A stretch of DNA of 64,000 bases, from contig NMRA01000416.1 of the NCBI GenBank assembly GCA_002633005.1, forward strand, positions 206,759 to 270,758. The letters run 5' to 3'. The position numbers and the translations under genes are program-made. This document shows, in pieces, positions 13,833 to 26,912 of this stretch (positions are counted from its first letter, which is position 1; each line of letters begins with the position of its first letter). This stretch comes from Phoronis australis. Lineage: Eukaryota > Animalia > Phoronida. The notes below the pieces were generated by a model that made no database searches, was not told the DNA's origin, and saw only the letters and a program-made list of their open reading frames with translations.

Positions 13833-14344
13833 AGAGTGTTATCGGACGGGCGAGTTCAAAACTGGTAGAAAATTCACCGCTCTGGTCGTATTATTTTGAA
13901 CTTCGGTCTCTGCCTGCCTCGGATATTTGGAATACTCATAATGCTTGGTCGTCTCGACATGACAAGTTTTCACGAGTCGTGAGATACAACTTGACTGACA
14001 ATGATGTAAGTTTATCTTACTAGACAAAGTGGTAAACGCAGAGTCCATTTGAAAAGCGAACATCTACTTGAAATTAATAGACGACGAACGCCTTTTAACT
14101 GGCTGAGGATTGGACGGATGGCCTGTTACGCAGTTTCATTCCTTTACTGTATTCGCAAACCCTGGCTTGAGCGATGAAAACCAAAACATCGGGGTAGCTT
14201 AAAATGTAAAAAAAAAAAACATTCAAGGATGGCACTGTCTTTGTTTCTCAGATCTGAGAGTTTAATCAAAACGCATGTTCAGCTAAATAACGAGTGAAAT
14301 TCCATTTATAATCAACATATGTCCATACAAATTTACGTGCGTCA

Positions 14345-15780
14345 CAGGCCCATTACCAGAGATGAAAAGGAAACCCCAAGGTTGGCGGAAGTACAAGGAA
14401 TACGATAACTAATACATTGAAATAAGTAAAAATAATGATTTCTGGTAAGATGGGCAATGACAATCAGGGACGCACGAAATAAGAGCCAGCGGATTGGCTT
14501 GAAACCGAAATATTTTGCAAGGCTAGTTACAGTATGCTGCCGGATGACCAACCCTAACTCCGAGTGCCAAACCCGGAGGGTGAACAACGTGTGCCCAAGT
14601 CTAGGTACAGCTGCCGAGTGTTCTATCACTCAGGGGCGGATCCAGGGTTTTGAGTTCGGGGGGAGGGCAGGGTAGAGTATTAATGAGCCAGGATTTTGCC
14701 CATCAAACATAAGCAACTCGAACTGCCAAATGGAATCTGGGATAATTTTAAGGGGGCCATGGCGGTAGATATTGGTTGAGTATAAAATACACATTAACTA
14801 TGAAATAAATTAAAGTAACAATCGTGGAAATAGTAATGTAGAAAAATCAGAGGGATGGTATAAAGGTTGGAATACATTGGGGTTACTGACAAGTGACGCC
14901 AGTGGAGATTGAGAAAAGAGGGGAAGTGTGTTGGGAACATTTTGTGAAGCTCGGAGGATCAATGAGGAAGAAGTCTTGGAATTTTGAAAGATATGCTGAT
15001 ATGTTTCTTAGAGGTTGCAAGATGAAGATTACTCGAAGGAAAGACAGCGGTCGTAGCAATATTGACATTTCCAGTTGAAACCTAGGAATTTGTAGGCGGC
15101 GAGAACCAAACGGATGTCGGTCTTGGCCATAAGAGAGTTGCCACCAGATAAAAGAATGGGGGTGAGGGAGATTTGGACCCACTGGTATTGGACTTCGGTT
15201 AAATGAGAAGGAAAGACGGCCTGCATTAATCGAGTGGTATTCGTGAGAGGGTATAAGCGGTTGTGGATTCGATGGAATTTGCTGGACTCGTGAGTTCGCA
15301 TGATATATGAGGATTGGAGAAGGCGAAAGAGTTGTGCGGAGGAGGTGACTGGAAAGTAGAAGACGTGTCGTGAGTGAGAACGTCGTTGATGTAATGAGTA
15401 AGGTGCAAGTTGTAAGCTTGAAGCACCCATGCAGGGGGGGGGGCTTTGGGGGGTTCAAACGAGGAACCCCATTTGGCGAAGTGGGCAAAAAGGTCCGCCT
15501 CAGAGAAACAAAAAGTCTGAGAAAACGAAACAAAAGTCCACAGGAATTCGGCACGAATGCAGAATTCACAGGTCTGAACGTAGTACCCGTTTTTTTGTTT
15601 TTAGTTCCCAATTCAGTTTGCAGTTAAAGGTCCACATACTGGAATATTCGAGCCCCCCCATATTTTAGGCTGGGTGCGCGCACATGTGAAGGTAGACTTT
15701 ATGGAATCGGCATTTACTGGAGTGGTGAGGGGTTGTGGTGGATGAGGGGTGGTGTTTTGCGCCAAGACGTGCTTCCGATT
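14345..15780 (-). mobile_element. Decayed DIRS/Ngaro tyrosine-recombinase retrotransposon (RT and YR fragments) interrupted by MITEs
   Basis: KFHRIHNRLYP...VQYQ...MAKTDIR...FLGFNWKCQYCYDRCLSF resembles DIRS RT (GFxWxGxYYYDxCLPFG). YLSKFQDFFLIDPP resembles a decayed HYLDDF motif, and LTTPVN lies upstream. MITE insertions at about 14631-14760 and 15428-15685. Confidence 0.7.
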
Positions 15781-18269
15781 AAGTAGCTAATCGGTCGGCT
15801 TCAGATGTGACAAGTGCGGAGGTTTTTTTCATTTTTCTCCTACAATTACGCTATAGGTTTCCTTGAAACATGTCTTAACACCTTAATAACCGTTGAAATC
15901 ACTTGTAACTGGGTCGTAGGATTTTTTGTCTGTGACATTCACTAGTTAAAACATGATGAAACACCACACAAAATTGACATTGATAGTTCATTATGATAAC
16001 CATGGTTGTTATCTGAAGATATAATGCACGGGCGGCGGCCGGGGCGAAGGGGATGTCCAAACCATCAATTTCTCGTTTGTAGTTTTCAAGTAAAGCGAAC
16101 AATGTGATGAACGTTTCCTGTTTTTGACGTCATAGTACATATACGTCACATATTGTTTCGTAAGAGCGCTATAGCTAAAGTTACGCACATTGCGGTATAC
16201 ATTCATGGTGCCAAAATGTCAGAACCTGAGGGAAATATGTATGGTAATTTACCAGTTAAAATGATCAAAGATATGATGGAATATTGTGTTAACGATTTGA
16301 AGATCAGGAAAGAGTAAGTAATTGATTCCAAATAGCAGATAACCAACATTGCAATGTGGCTTTTCGCAAAGAAAACAGTCGAAACTGATATACTAACTTG
16401 ATTTTTTCGCAGATCCAGATGTTACCGGGATAGCTTTTGTTTATTTGTTTACACTTGTGCAGGAATGTTTGTTTCGAACGTATTCCTTCCCGAGGCTTCC
16501 ATATATAATACGTTTTGTGATAAAACAATGTATCAATAAGACAAAAAGTTATTGAACTCACTGTACCAGTTCAAAACTCAGACAACTTTGTTAATGTATT
16601 TTAAATCAATGTCTTGTAGCATGTTCGCCGCTAATTGTATTGCAAAGATTCGACATTCCGGTGCTTTCCATTATCCCCCAGACAGCTATGTTAATCCCAT
16701 ACGTACGTTTTAATTAAAGGGTACAGAACAACCTGGCAAGTATTATGAAGCTGAGATGAAGCGTTGTAAGGAGATGGGCAAAATTGTAAGCAGGCTTGTA
16801 AGAGAAGTGGATAGAAGGCAGCAAAAGACTTTGAAGCTCTGCAAGGCAGAAAGTGAGTGTATTCGCGGGTATTACAGAGACTCTTGTTTCTGATCATAAC
16901 ACTTGATGTAGACAAAGTGAATTTCTTACTGTACAATAACATTTTATTTATAGAAAAACACGGACTTTAATTGGAACTAATCACTCTCTTGACAGAGTTG
17001 CAATGTGGGTCGGGATTTGCCGTAACGAAAAGGCTTTCCCAACCAACAGTTAAAATCAGTTTGACAGGGAGACAGCGTGGCTTCACCCCGAACAGAGCAT
17101 TCTACTGTTAGGTATATTGGCGCACTCGACGCATATTGTCACCCGCGACGGTAATATATATACAATAGTACCTAGTCCAACAATATATGCCGTCAACGTC
17201 AACACATACTGACGTCCGGACAATCATATGTGTTAGTGCGACAATATACAGTATGTCACAAAAGAATTACCTCATAAGCCACAGAGGAATGGTATACGAA
17301 ACACAGTCGGTCTATGGAGGTCTAAAATTCTTTATTCAAAGGCAAACTAATGCTAGCCTATGAAGAAAAATTAACTTAACCCAGTTTCCTGGGACGGGCC
17401 CCAAGTTTTACGGTGTCAACCATATTAAAGAACGTGCATCGGCGGTTTCTTAAATAGTCGACGAGGCGTGCACAGGATTCCGGCACCTGGGAGGTCGGGA
17501 CGATAACGGTATCACTTTCTTCATTTCTTCGCCTCGTCCACTTCTTATTTACAGCCAATTTCGCCACCGCCCCTATTGCAGTGCCACATGGGTAGCCAAA
17601 CATGGTGGATTGATTAAGCCAAGAAGCATCATGAATCGTATACGTGTTTTCAACAAACTGGAGTCTTGGATCCCTTTGATCACTTCTGTAGCTTCATTAG
17701 TTTTATGTCCTTTAATGAAGTTATTCGGTTTTAGTTATTCTTTCGACTTGCGCCTAGACGTCTATGTGGAACTAACTTACACATAAAACAGTTGCAAACG
17801 AACCAGTGTCGGAGACAGGTAAATGCAAAAAATACTGAGTGGCAAGGACATATTCCGCTTAGCAACAAGGATTAGTACAGCTTAAAATGCCCTACTAAAT
17901 ATCGGCAGTAACAGGCTGCAGAAGTATTACAGACAATACTGTAGTGGGGCGTAGGCGCACGTAGGCGCAGCCAAACACCATTTGACATTTGAACGTAGCG
18001 CCTACGTGCCGTAAGTTACGTTCAGTGCTCAAAGTGATACGGTGGGCTTTTGGCGCCTTCTTACCTCTAAGTTTACCAATACAGCACTGATTACCGAGGG
18101 CTCGTGTCCGCGATCTCTGAGCTTCATATAGTCCTGGTAGACGTACTGAAAAGACCAGCCATGTACTCTGTACTGCTGTGAGAATAATGGGGCTATTCGG
18201 AATATCTACAATAACTAGAAGGCGCGCGTGTACTAGTGGTGATAGATTAACAGCCTCGATTTCGCGAGC

Positions 18270-19007
18270 TCTTTAAATACATGGTCAACTGGCTTGCAGC
18301 CGTGCCAACTGAATCTGAGATTGCGTGAAAAGGGTGCTTCTATGAGAGGAAGTAAGCACGACCTTATACAAAGGTAAGGTTTGTGATTATTTTAACGATT
18401 ATTTCATGATCATTCTACCGATGCCTGTTAACTGAGGTACTCGCCGATGTCGACTTCCCGGCAGTCGCCAGGTGGGTTAATCTTTGTTTGTTGTGATATG
18501 TGATACGATACTTGACGTAGCAATCGGTATTTTTTCGTACATCAAAGCATTATTATTGTTTGGAATGATTTCTAACAGTTTATCAGTGACAGTTACATCA
18601 ATCAATGCTGAAAGTTTATGCTGTCAACTCGATACAGGTTAATGAGTTAAGATTACAATCCAAGCCCAATGGCAAAGCGGGGTACGTGACAAATATCCAT
18701 TGCATTAGATTATTTGTTTACTCCCTATCATATGTCTTCTGGAAATCTATTACACGTTGAAATGGAAATCTATCACGTCTGTTTTCACGTAACCTTTGGT
18801 TTTTAGGTTTGAGGGCTTGTACCGTGCAGAGGAGATATGCATCACTTTTGCACCGTCCCTGAATGGACGAAAATTGGTTTTTAGCATTTGACTGCAGCTA
18901 ACCAACAAGATCTTCCCATCCAGTGCAGGTCTTTTGTCAAAACTTACTTTCAATATTGGAGGCAACGAACAAAGCCTTTGAAAAGGAACAACTATTTTTA
19001 AAGAAAG
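18270..19007 (+). pseudogene. Spliced SAP-domain ORF remnant, probably from a DNA transposon
   Basis: Exon A (...QLNLRLREKGASMRGSKHDLIQ-AG|GTAAG, ending 18373) joins in frame to exon B (TTTTAG|G at 18807) to give DLIQRFEGLYRAEE. Exon B has in-frame stops and ends at AAAG|GTATGT. Confidence 0.45.
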
Positions 19008-20897
19008 GTATGTAAGTCATTTTGTTAATTTACTTATTCAGGTCCTTAGCGGGGGATTGGCATGGGGAGTTGGGGTTGTAATATTTGGTACAACTGAATG
19101 TGTGGAAATAACAGGTAATACATGTTTGGGAAAAGAGCATGGCGAGGTAATTCTTAACCTTCATGAAGTCCCTTCAAGTTGATTTCTTGAAACAGTTTTG
19201 CTACTTGTATCAATTGTAAACCCATGGAAATATATTACATTTTCTGAATTCACAGTGACTGAATAGTCTTAACTCATGCCTTGAAATGCTGCAAGTCGTT
19301 ATAAATTCAAATGACTGCCATTTTTGTGAAAATTGCATTTTTGATGGTGCCTTACGATTTGTAATTACTCTTAAACAACAGAAAGATTAATCATCATTTT
19401 TAAATTACCCAAGTCTTCATATCTTCTATTAGAAGAAAAATCAAAAGTCTGAGAAACGGTTCCCTCAACGTTAGACTAGAAGTATTCTTGACAGACCCAT
19501 GAACCCGTAATCAGAGTTTAAAATTGATGAAAGTATCAAAATTAAAAAGGCTTGAAAATGGTTAACAAAGGCTTGAAGTTGTCTCAAAAAACTTGTATAT
19601 TTTGCAGACAAGTTATGCGTTTAAAGAATTGTTATGGCTACGAATGAAAAATAAAGACACAGTTTTATGCAATGCTTCCCCTTAGTTTCTGAAAATAGTA
19701 ATTATTTAATTTTATGTGAAACTGTACGGCAGTCACCATATATTTTTGAATAACAGGGATAACATTTTTGAGGCAATCTGGAGTACTTAATAATTCATAT
19801 TTCAATATTTGCTCAGGTTCAGTGACATTTTTTTAAAGCCACTTCAAGCTGTATCATAGACAAGCTTTGTTACTCCATTCTCTTCCCACAGCACTTCCAC
19901 ACACCAGCAGTGCTGCATGGCACAATGTACAAGTCAGTGGCTCCGGAGAAATGTGAATAGCAGTACTAAGTTACCATAAGACAATGTGCCAGTGGACTGT
20001 CTGTGTATTCAGACGAACGATATCTGACTGCTACCCAAGTAAGCCTTGTTGGTGAGGATGCCCTTTCATTGGCAATGAGTCATGTGTGGACAATAGGTTA
20101 TTTCCTTTCCTGGAAGAAACATGAGGGACTGAAGCTGAAGAACACCTAGTGACACTCTGGTCTACTTCAAGGGTCTGATTTTGGGCTCAAAACGATTCAA
20201 GTGATATGCTGCTGTGTTTACCTTCAAGGGTCTAACTGTGGATGTTATTGAGGCTGAATGAGGTTACGTGAAAAAAGCCACGTGTCGAAACTGGACCTTT
20301 TTTACAAGCGCTTCTATAGGCCATTGAAACTGGATCCCAGTGAAATGAAAGCCAAAAGCTGAGTGACATTAAATTTTCCTTTCAGAAGAAAGGCTTTATA
20401 CTATTGGTAAAAACTTTTCAATTTGGTACACATTGTGGGGAAATGACATTCAGTGACTGCATCGATTGTCTTATTGTATGTTTTCAATTGTAGCTAGCTG
20501 GATAAGAATCTGCTATGCACAAGATTCGAGAATAAACAATTATCAGTGTATTTAAAAACAAATGGCAAACTGAAAAAGCACAGAAAGAAACAACATTGCA
20601 ACGGAGTCCATAATCAAGCATATCAAGTGCTATTTTCTGAATTACGTTCAATTCTCAGAGGTTATTGCTGAAGGATTGCTTTTCACTTGGTCGGGCGGTT
20701 GGTTTCAGTTGTTTCCTCTCACCTGTAACAGAATAGTTGGAGAAATATTAGCAATTTGTAAAGGAAAAGACATGACAAAACTACTTTTGTAAGGCAGAAT
20801 ATACTTGACGTTTATGTGTAGAAACTAATAACCTTTGTACCCAAGTCTTATTTATTATCTGAAACAAAATATGTGAAACAGGCTAAGTGATTTAAAC

Positions 20898-22640
20898 TTT
20901 AAACAGACGCTGAATCCTGCGAGTGCCATGACACAATATCCCTTACCCGTGCCTGAAGATATTTTTGCGAAGTTGTCACAAGGGCAAGCTTTCTCGACAC
21001 TCGATTTGAGTAGTGCGTATCACCAACTTTAAAAGCTTTCGGAGGAGGCTCAGAGATTGCTGGTGATAAACACCCATAAGGGGTTATATGCGTACCAACG
21101 GTTACCGTTTGGGTTGCACTCAGCTGTCGGGATTTTCCAGCGTGCCATGGAAAATGTGCTGAGAGGGATACCCGGTTGCGCCGTTTATCTTGATGATATC
21201 ATTGTCATGGGTTCGTCGATTGCCGAGCATCGCGAGAACCTTAAGTCAGTTTTGGAACGCCTCAGTAGTTGCGGATTGCGCTTAAACAGAGCGAAGTGCA
21301 AGTTTTTGCAGTCCGAGGTGCGGTACTTGGGCCACCGGATTACGGCCCAAGGGATACACCCTCTTGAGGAAAAAGTAGAAAGCGTTCGTCGGTTTCCGGT
21401 TCCAAAGGATAAGTCTGAGGTTGCTACTTTTTGTGGTATGGTGAAGTACTATCACCGGTTTTTGCCACGTGCTGCGGACGTGTTGGCCCCACTCTACGCG
21501 CTGGAAAAGAAGAACATCCCTTGGAGATGGACACAGAAGGAGGAGGACTCTTTCAACGCCGCGAAAGAACTTTTGACGTCGAACACTTTGTTATGACACT
21601 ACGACCCAAGTAAACCGTTATCGATTACGATCGATGCTTCTTCGTTCGGCTTGGGGGCAGTGTTAGAGCAGGCGGTCGAAAGCGGCGTATAGCCGGTAGT
21701 CTATGCGTCGCGTACACTATCCGCCGCGGAAAGGAATTACTCCCAGACGGAGAAGGAGGGTTTGGCGGTCGTGTGAGCCGTAGAAAAGTTTTCCAAGTAT
21801 TTGCTAGGCCGTAGTTTCGAGATCTTTTCAGATCACAAGCCATTACTTGGAATATTCGGTGAACAGCGTGGAATTCCAGCTATGGCTTCTTGACGTATCA
21901 TTCGGTGGTCGCTAGTTTTGGCGGCATATGACTACAAACTCGTGTATAAGCCTGGGTCGAAAGTTGATAATGCTGACTGTCTGTCTCGATTCCCATTACC
22001 TGCTTCAGTGAATTCGGTTGCCGTCGGAGAGGAAGTGCGTTTGTTGGATCATTTAACGTATACGCAAGTTTCATCATTTGATCTGAGGAAGTGGACAGAT
22101 CGAGATCCACTTCTCTCGCGCGTTCGTAGACACGTACTGACCGGCTGGAGTAATTCAGACGTGGATGAAGACATCAAGCCGTTCTTTTCTCGGAAGGACG
22201 AGTTATCAGTGCTGCACGGCTGCGTGTTGTGGGGTGCCAGAGTAGTTGTCCCACCCCAAGGTCGCGATGCTGTTATGAATGAACTACACGACNTGCTGAA
22301 ACAAACGGCGCTGTGGAAAGTGCTAGCCCTGAGGCCCCCCCTCTCCGGCGTTCCGTGCGAGTACGGAAGCCTGTTGATAAACTGAACTTGTAGACACTAA
22401 GGAGTTGGAGTAGTTAACCAGTTCTTTGACATTTTAATCAGATACTAGTCAGACGTTTGTTGAAGAGACATTAATTACTACACTTAAAATGGACGTTACT
22501 AACGTGGCATACTTTAACGGGATGGGGAGGGGTGTGATGTACTGTCTTGTAGTGACATCTATTGAGTAGTTTTAGTATTGGAGTGGACAGCCTCACTCTG
22601 GCGAATCTTCAGTGAGCAGCCATTTTAGCGTGGTATTGTT
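20898..22640 (+). mobile_element. Ty3/Gypsy (Mag/K02A2.6-like) pol fragment with PPT and start of the 3' LTR
   Basis: QYPLPVPEDIF, LDLSSAYHQ, YQRLPFG, YLDDII, RNase H (DASSFGLGAVL, NADCLSR) and integrase Zn-finger start (ELHD), cut at N22293. PPT GGGATGGGGAGGGG at about 22519-22532 is followed by TGTGATG. Confidence 0.9.
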
Positions 22641-23662
22641 TTAGTCTGCTCTCAGAATAAACCGCATTTCATCCGAAACATCGGCTATACTACAACAGAT
22701 GAGACCGGTAGAACAAGTTTCGATGACATGCAGTACTGCCCGACGTTGCTGAATGATACAGGTAGACCAAGCCACTTTCGAATGAACCGGCTCGCTGCTC
22801 TTTCCATTTCCTTTACTGAAGAGGACGTGACGTCGTAGATTAACAGGGTTCACATAAGCTTCGGGAGCAAGATGAACTGGTAGCATCAGAGCTTGAATCA
22901 TCCGGGTATTCCGTCTTTATCGATCTTCTCAAGCCATACCTTGAGCTGGGCTTTCACATCCTTGACACGGGATGTGTCTCGTAGGCTGCTATCATAGTAC
23001 TTGCCAAGGCACTTGACCGGTTGTTCACTTATTGTTGGAATTGTGCAACCTGCTATCGATAACGTTTGTCTCTTGAGCAACACGCCTTTGTTGATAATTA
23101 GAGATCTGGAATTCTCTGCCTTGAATGTCATGCGGGTCCATTTAGTGAGCTCTTCTAGGCAACGAAGAATTGTTCTGGAACCCACAGGTGACTCTGTCAC
23201 AATCGTAATGTCGTCAACAAAAGCTCTACATGATGGCTGTCTGACTTCATCTAGCTTGGAATCTCTCCACTCAGATTGGGCTCTCTTAAGCAGGACGTTC
23301 ATTGCCATGATAAACAGGATGACTGAAATGATGCAGCCCGTCATAATGCCTTTCTCTAGGTGTTGCCACTTCGTAGTGAAGTTGCCGACCGTGAAACGCA
23401 TCACACAGGAGCTGTAGTATGACTTCACTATACTCTTGACTTTCTCAGGAATATGGTAGATGTCCATGGCAAGATAAACTAACACATGTGGTACAGAACC
23501 ATACGCATTTGCCATGTCGAGCCACAACATCGACAGATTCTTCTTGCCCTTCTTCGCTCGGTGTATAAGTTCACTTATGATAGAATTATGTTCCAGGCAT
23601 CCAGAAAAGACCGATACCCCACCTTTCTGTGAAGATGTGAAAATATACTTATTCTTGATCAT
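22641..23662 (-). mobile_element. Hero-like (R2/NeSL group) non-LTR retrotransposon RT, 3' part
   Basis: QKGGVSVFSGCLEH, WLDMANAYGSVPH, KGIMTGCIISVILF, AFVDDITI and KCLGKYYD. Confidence 0.88.
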
Positions 23663-24731
23663 TGTCACGTGGTTTATATCTTGCCGGTAGGCGGTTGAAA
23701 TAACACAATTTGATTTGGATGTAATAATGAGTATATTGACTAAATGTTTGAATTTCCCTAAATGAATAATCATAAAGATTAATAAAGAAGCCTAATTTAA
23801 TCAGTCTGTGATCACGTTTCTCATTCCTGGCGTCGGCCTTGGATCCAGTGTTATACTTGTTATGAGGAGTTTCCTCTTCTCTTGATCATTCGATCCAGTC
23901 TTCCAAGCAGTCTTCACTTGATGAAATGCTTCGGAATAACTATGAAGTTCAGTCCATCGAACAACATATATGTTAACATGAATTCAGTCCATCGAATTCT
24001 AGATGCAATGTACCCTCTTTCAAATTCAGTCCATCGAATTTCTACAGCTTGTGATATTTCTCAGCAAACCAGTAGCATCTCTTCAGGAATATCTGCGATA
24101 TCTCTCTAGCAAGCTGGTTGCCTCTCTCCAAGAAATATCTAATACCTCTATACCAATCTGGTTGCCTCTCGTTGGAAATATGTCTTCTTGAAAAGCTAAC
24201 GGTATACTTATACTCAAACAGAATAAAGGTGGGCGGGTTAGATCAAAACATAAAACCCACCAACTTCCTCCAAATGTACTCATAGTTCCAAAACAACTTC
24301 CAAGAACAACATCATAAGATTCCACATATGAACCTAAGCTTTCGTCAAATATGGTCACGGACAGACAAATCTTTAAGTAATTTCTGCTGAATAATAACAA
24401 GACTATTGTTGTTGTCAGAACTGGCTAACCCCACAGTTGACCAATTCCGGTGAATTTAAAGTTACATAATTCTGCTAGCAGAGCATAAACACATGGTTAG
24501 AGACAAATATGCTGATTCATTTCCTATGCACTCATAGGAGGCAATAAATTTCAGTAAACAACTAATACCCTTAATTAATACACAACAACCACTATATACT
24601 AAATTAATACTTATACTTCTCACGTAATATTATTCTCATGTACATAGTCAACCCAAGTTCTAATGTGTTTGTATCATACTTTAATGATAAATAAATGACA
24701 TGTTCATCCTACATAAAATCTCCCCGTAACA
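23663..24731 (-). repeat. Full-length LTR (about 1.07 kb)
   Basis: TGTTACG...CGTGACA termini on the minus strand. Its 5' ~170-250 bp recurs at 25111-25278 and twice at about 30050-30405. Confidence 0.7.
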
Positions 24732-25339
24732 CCGTGGAAGCAAAAATCAGAGTTGCCACTGGGGGGCACTACAGTAGTCAAATGCCAGAAAAATCTATGT
24801 CAGCAGCTGGATTCTCATCAGGAACACATCTGCCAAATTTCATATGATCTTTCAAACAGGTTGGTGGTTAGAGGCAGATGCCAAAAAGCACAACTAACGT
24901 TTAAAATGGTTACTAGGTGATATAGAATATGTCCAAATCTTCTGAAAATGGAAAGTCGCTCTCGTCTCCTCGACAGAAGCCTATTAGCTAATTAAAATTG
25001 ACCTCACCACGAAGGCAACGCTTAGATTGTACCACATCTTTAGAACAGTGACAGTGGACTTACCGTGAGTGGCACCTCCGGGTTGTTACAGACCAGACAG
25101 GGATCACTCNATACCCTTAATTAGTTACACAACAACCACTATATACTTAATTAATACTCATACTTCTCATGTAATATTATTCTCATATACATAGTCAACC
25201 CAAGTTCTAATGTGTTTGTATCATACTTTAATGATAAATAAATGACATGTTCATCCTACATAAAATCTCCCCGTAACACATTTCCCCCTTTAAGGATGAA
25301 CATGGGAATGAATTTATGTTCCAACTACACATCATAACA

Positions 25340-26825
25340 TTAAACATGACGACTGAGGAAATCTGCTCCAACATTGCTATCACCCTTAATGTATTCCACT
25401 CTGAAGCAAAATGGTTGCAAGGACATGGCCTACCTTATAATCTTCTGATTAATTAATTTGGCTTTGTGCAAATAGGACAGTGACTGATGGTCGGTCTGCA
25501 GAACAAATTCGTTCCCATAAAGGTAAACTCTAAACGTATTGATTGCCCAACAGATTGCCATGCACTCGCGTTCCATAACGGAATATCTCTGTTCCCGTTC
25601 ACTTAATTTTTTACTAGCATAAGCTACAGGAAATAATGCTCCTTCGTGCATCTGCATTAAGCAAGCACCCAGACCAACGTCTGAAGCGTCTGTTTGTAAA
25701 TAAAAGATTTCCTCTGTCTTAGGAAGTTTCAAAACTGGCCTTTGGCAAAGCTCATGCTTGATCGTCTCAAATGCTTTAGCTTGTTCTTCACCCCATGTAA
25801 GCTTTTCAGGTTTACCCTTCTTGGTTAGCTCAGTTAACGGAAGAACTTTATCGGAATAATCCTTAATGAATTTCCGATAATAAAATGAACGAAGTTGGCG
25901 CTTGGTTTTTGGAACTGCAGTGGCTTTCATTTTTTTCAGTTTTTTCCGCTTGCATCATAAGAAAGCCATCCTTAAGACGATGTCCAGTGAATTCAATATC
26001 AGAATACCCAAGAAAACACTTTGACGGTTTAACGGTTAGGTTGGCTTTACGAACCTTATTAAACAAAACTTTCATCTGACTTATGTGATGGTCCCAATCC
26101 GACGTGTGAAGCAAAACGTCATCGACGAAATTGTCGACATTTGACATGTCTCCCAACAATTTTCTCATCATTTTATTGTAGGTAGCCCCACTGTTCACTA
26201 GCCCAAATGGCATCTTGATATACTGATAATGACCAAAAGGTGTCGTGAATGCTGTGATTTCTTTGGAAGTGTCTTCCATAGGAATCTGCCAATAACCTTT
26301 GTAAAAATCAATTTTGCTGAAAAATCTGTCACTTGCACACTTTGTAAAGATAGCCTCGGGATCAGGCATTCCTTCACAATCAAATTTAGTGACTTTGTTA
26401 ACCTTCCGCATGTCTTGACAATATCGGACACCTCCGTCCTTCTTCTTGACAATGACAAGTGGCGAACAGTATGGAGATTCAGAAGGCTCAATGATCCCCA
26501 TTCTCAACATGTCATCAATTTCTCGTTTCATATCTCCATAAAGAGAATATGGAACTGGGTAAGGATTAGACCGTATGGGGTCCTTGTCCCTCAACTCAAT
26601 CTTATGTTCAATTAGACCAGTTGTTCCTGGCTTTGATGAGAATATGTCTGCATATTCTTCCACCATTCGTATCAAAGCATCTTTTTGGTCGCTAGTCAAA
26701 TCAGGATTGATTTGCACATCACGATAAGTTTCGAGTTTTCCGGATACACCAGGGGTATCGACTGACGCAGTGCCACCGCACTCGTCGTCCATATCTTCAA
26801 ATGTGATAGCAGCGACACTCGCATG
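25340..26825 (-). pseudogene. Gypsy pol RT-RNase H (Gmr1-like), frameshifted
   Basis: PYCSPLVIVKKKDG, FSKIDFYKGYWQIP, MPFGLVNS, FVDDVL, LQTDASDVGLGACL and LQTDHQSL. It ends VEYIKGDSNVGADFLSRHV*, followed by PPT AAAGGGGGAAA and the LTR at 25278. Confidence 0.92.
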
Positions 26826-26912
26826 NNNNNNNNNNNNNNNNNNNNNNNNNNNNNNNNNNNNNNNNNNNNNNNNNNNNNNNNNNNNNNNNNNNNNNNNNNN
26901 NNNNNNNNNNNN
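26826..26912. other. Assembly gap (87 N)
   Basis: Run of N. Single-N joins also occur, for example at 22293 and 25110. Confidence 0.99.

Noticed and set aside
23663-23773. N-terminal part of ORF 22898..23773 as part of the RT
   Set aside because: It is read-through from the inserted LTR. The true upstream RT sequence is at 30406 and above.
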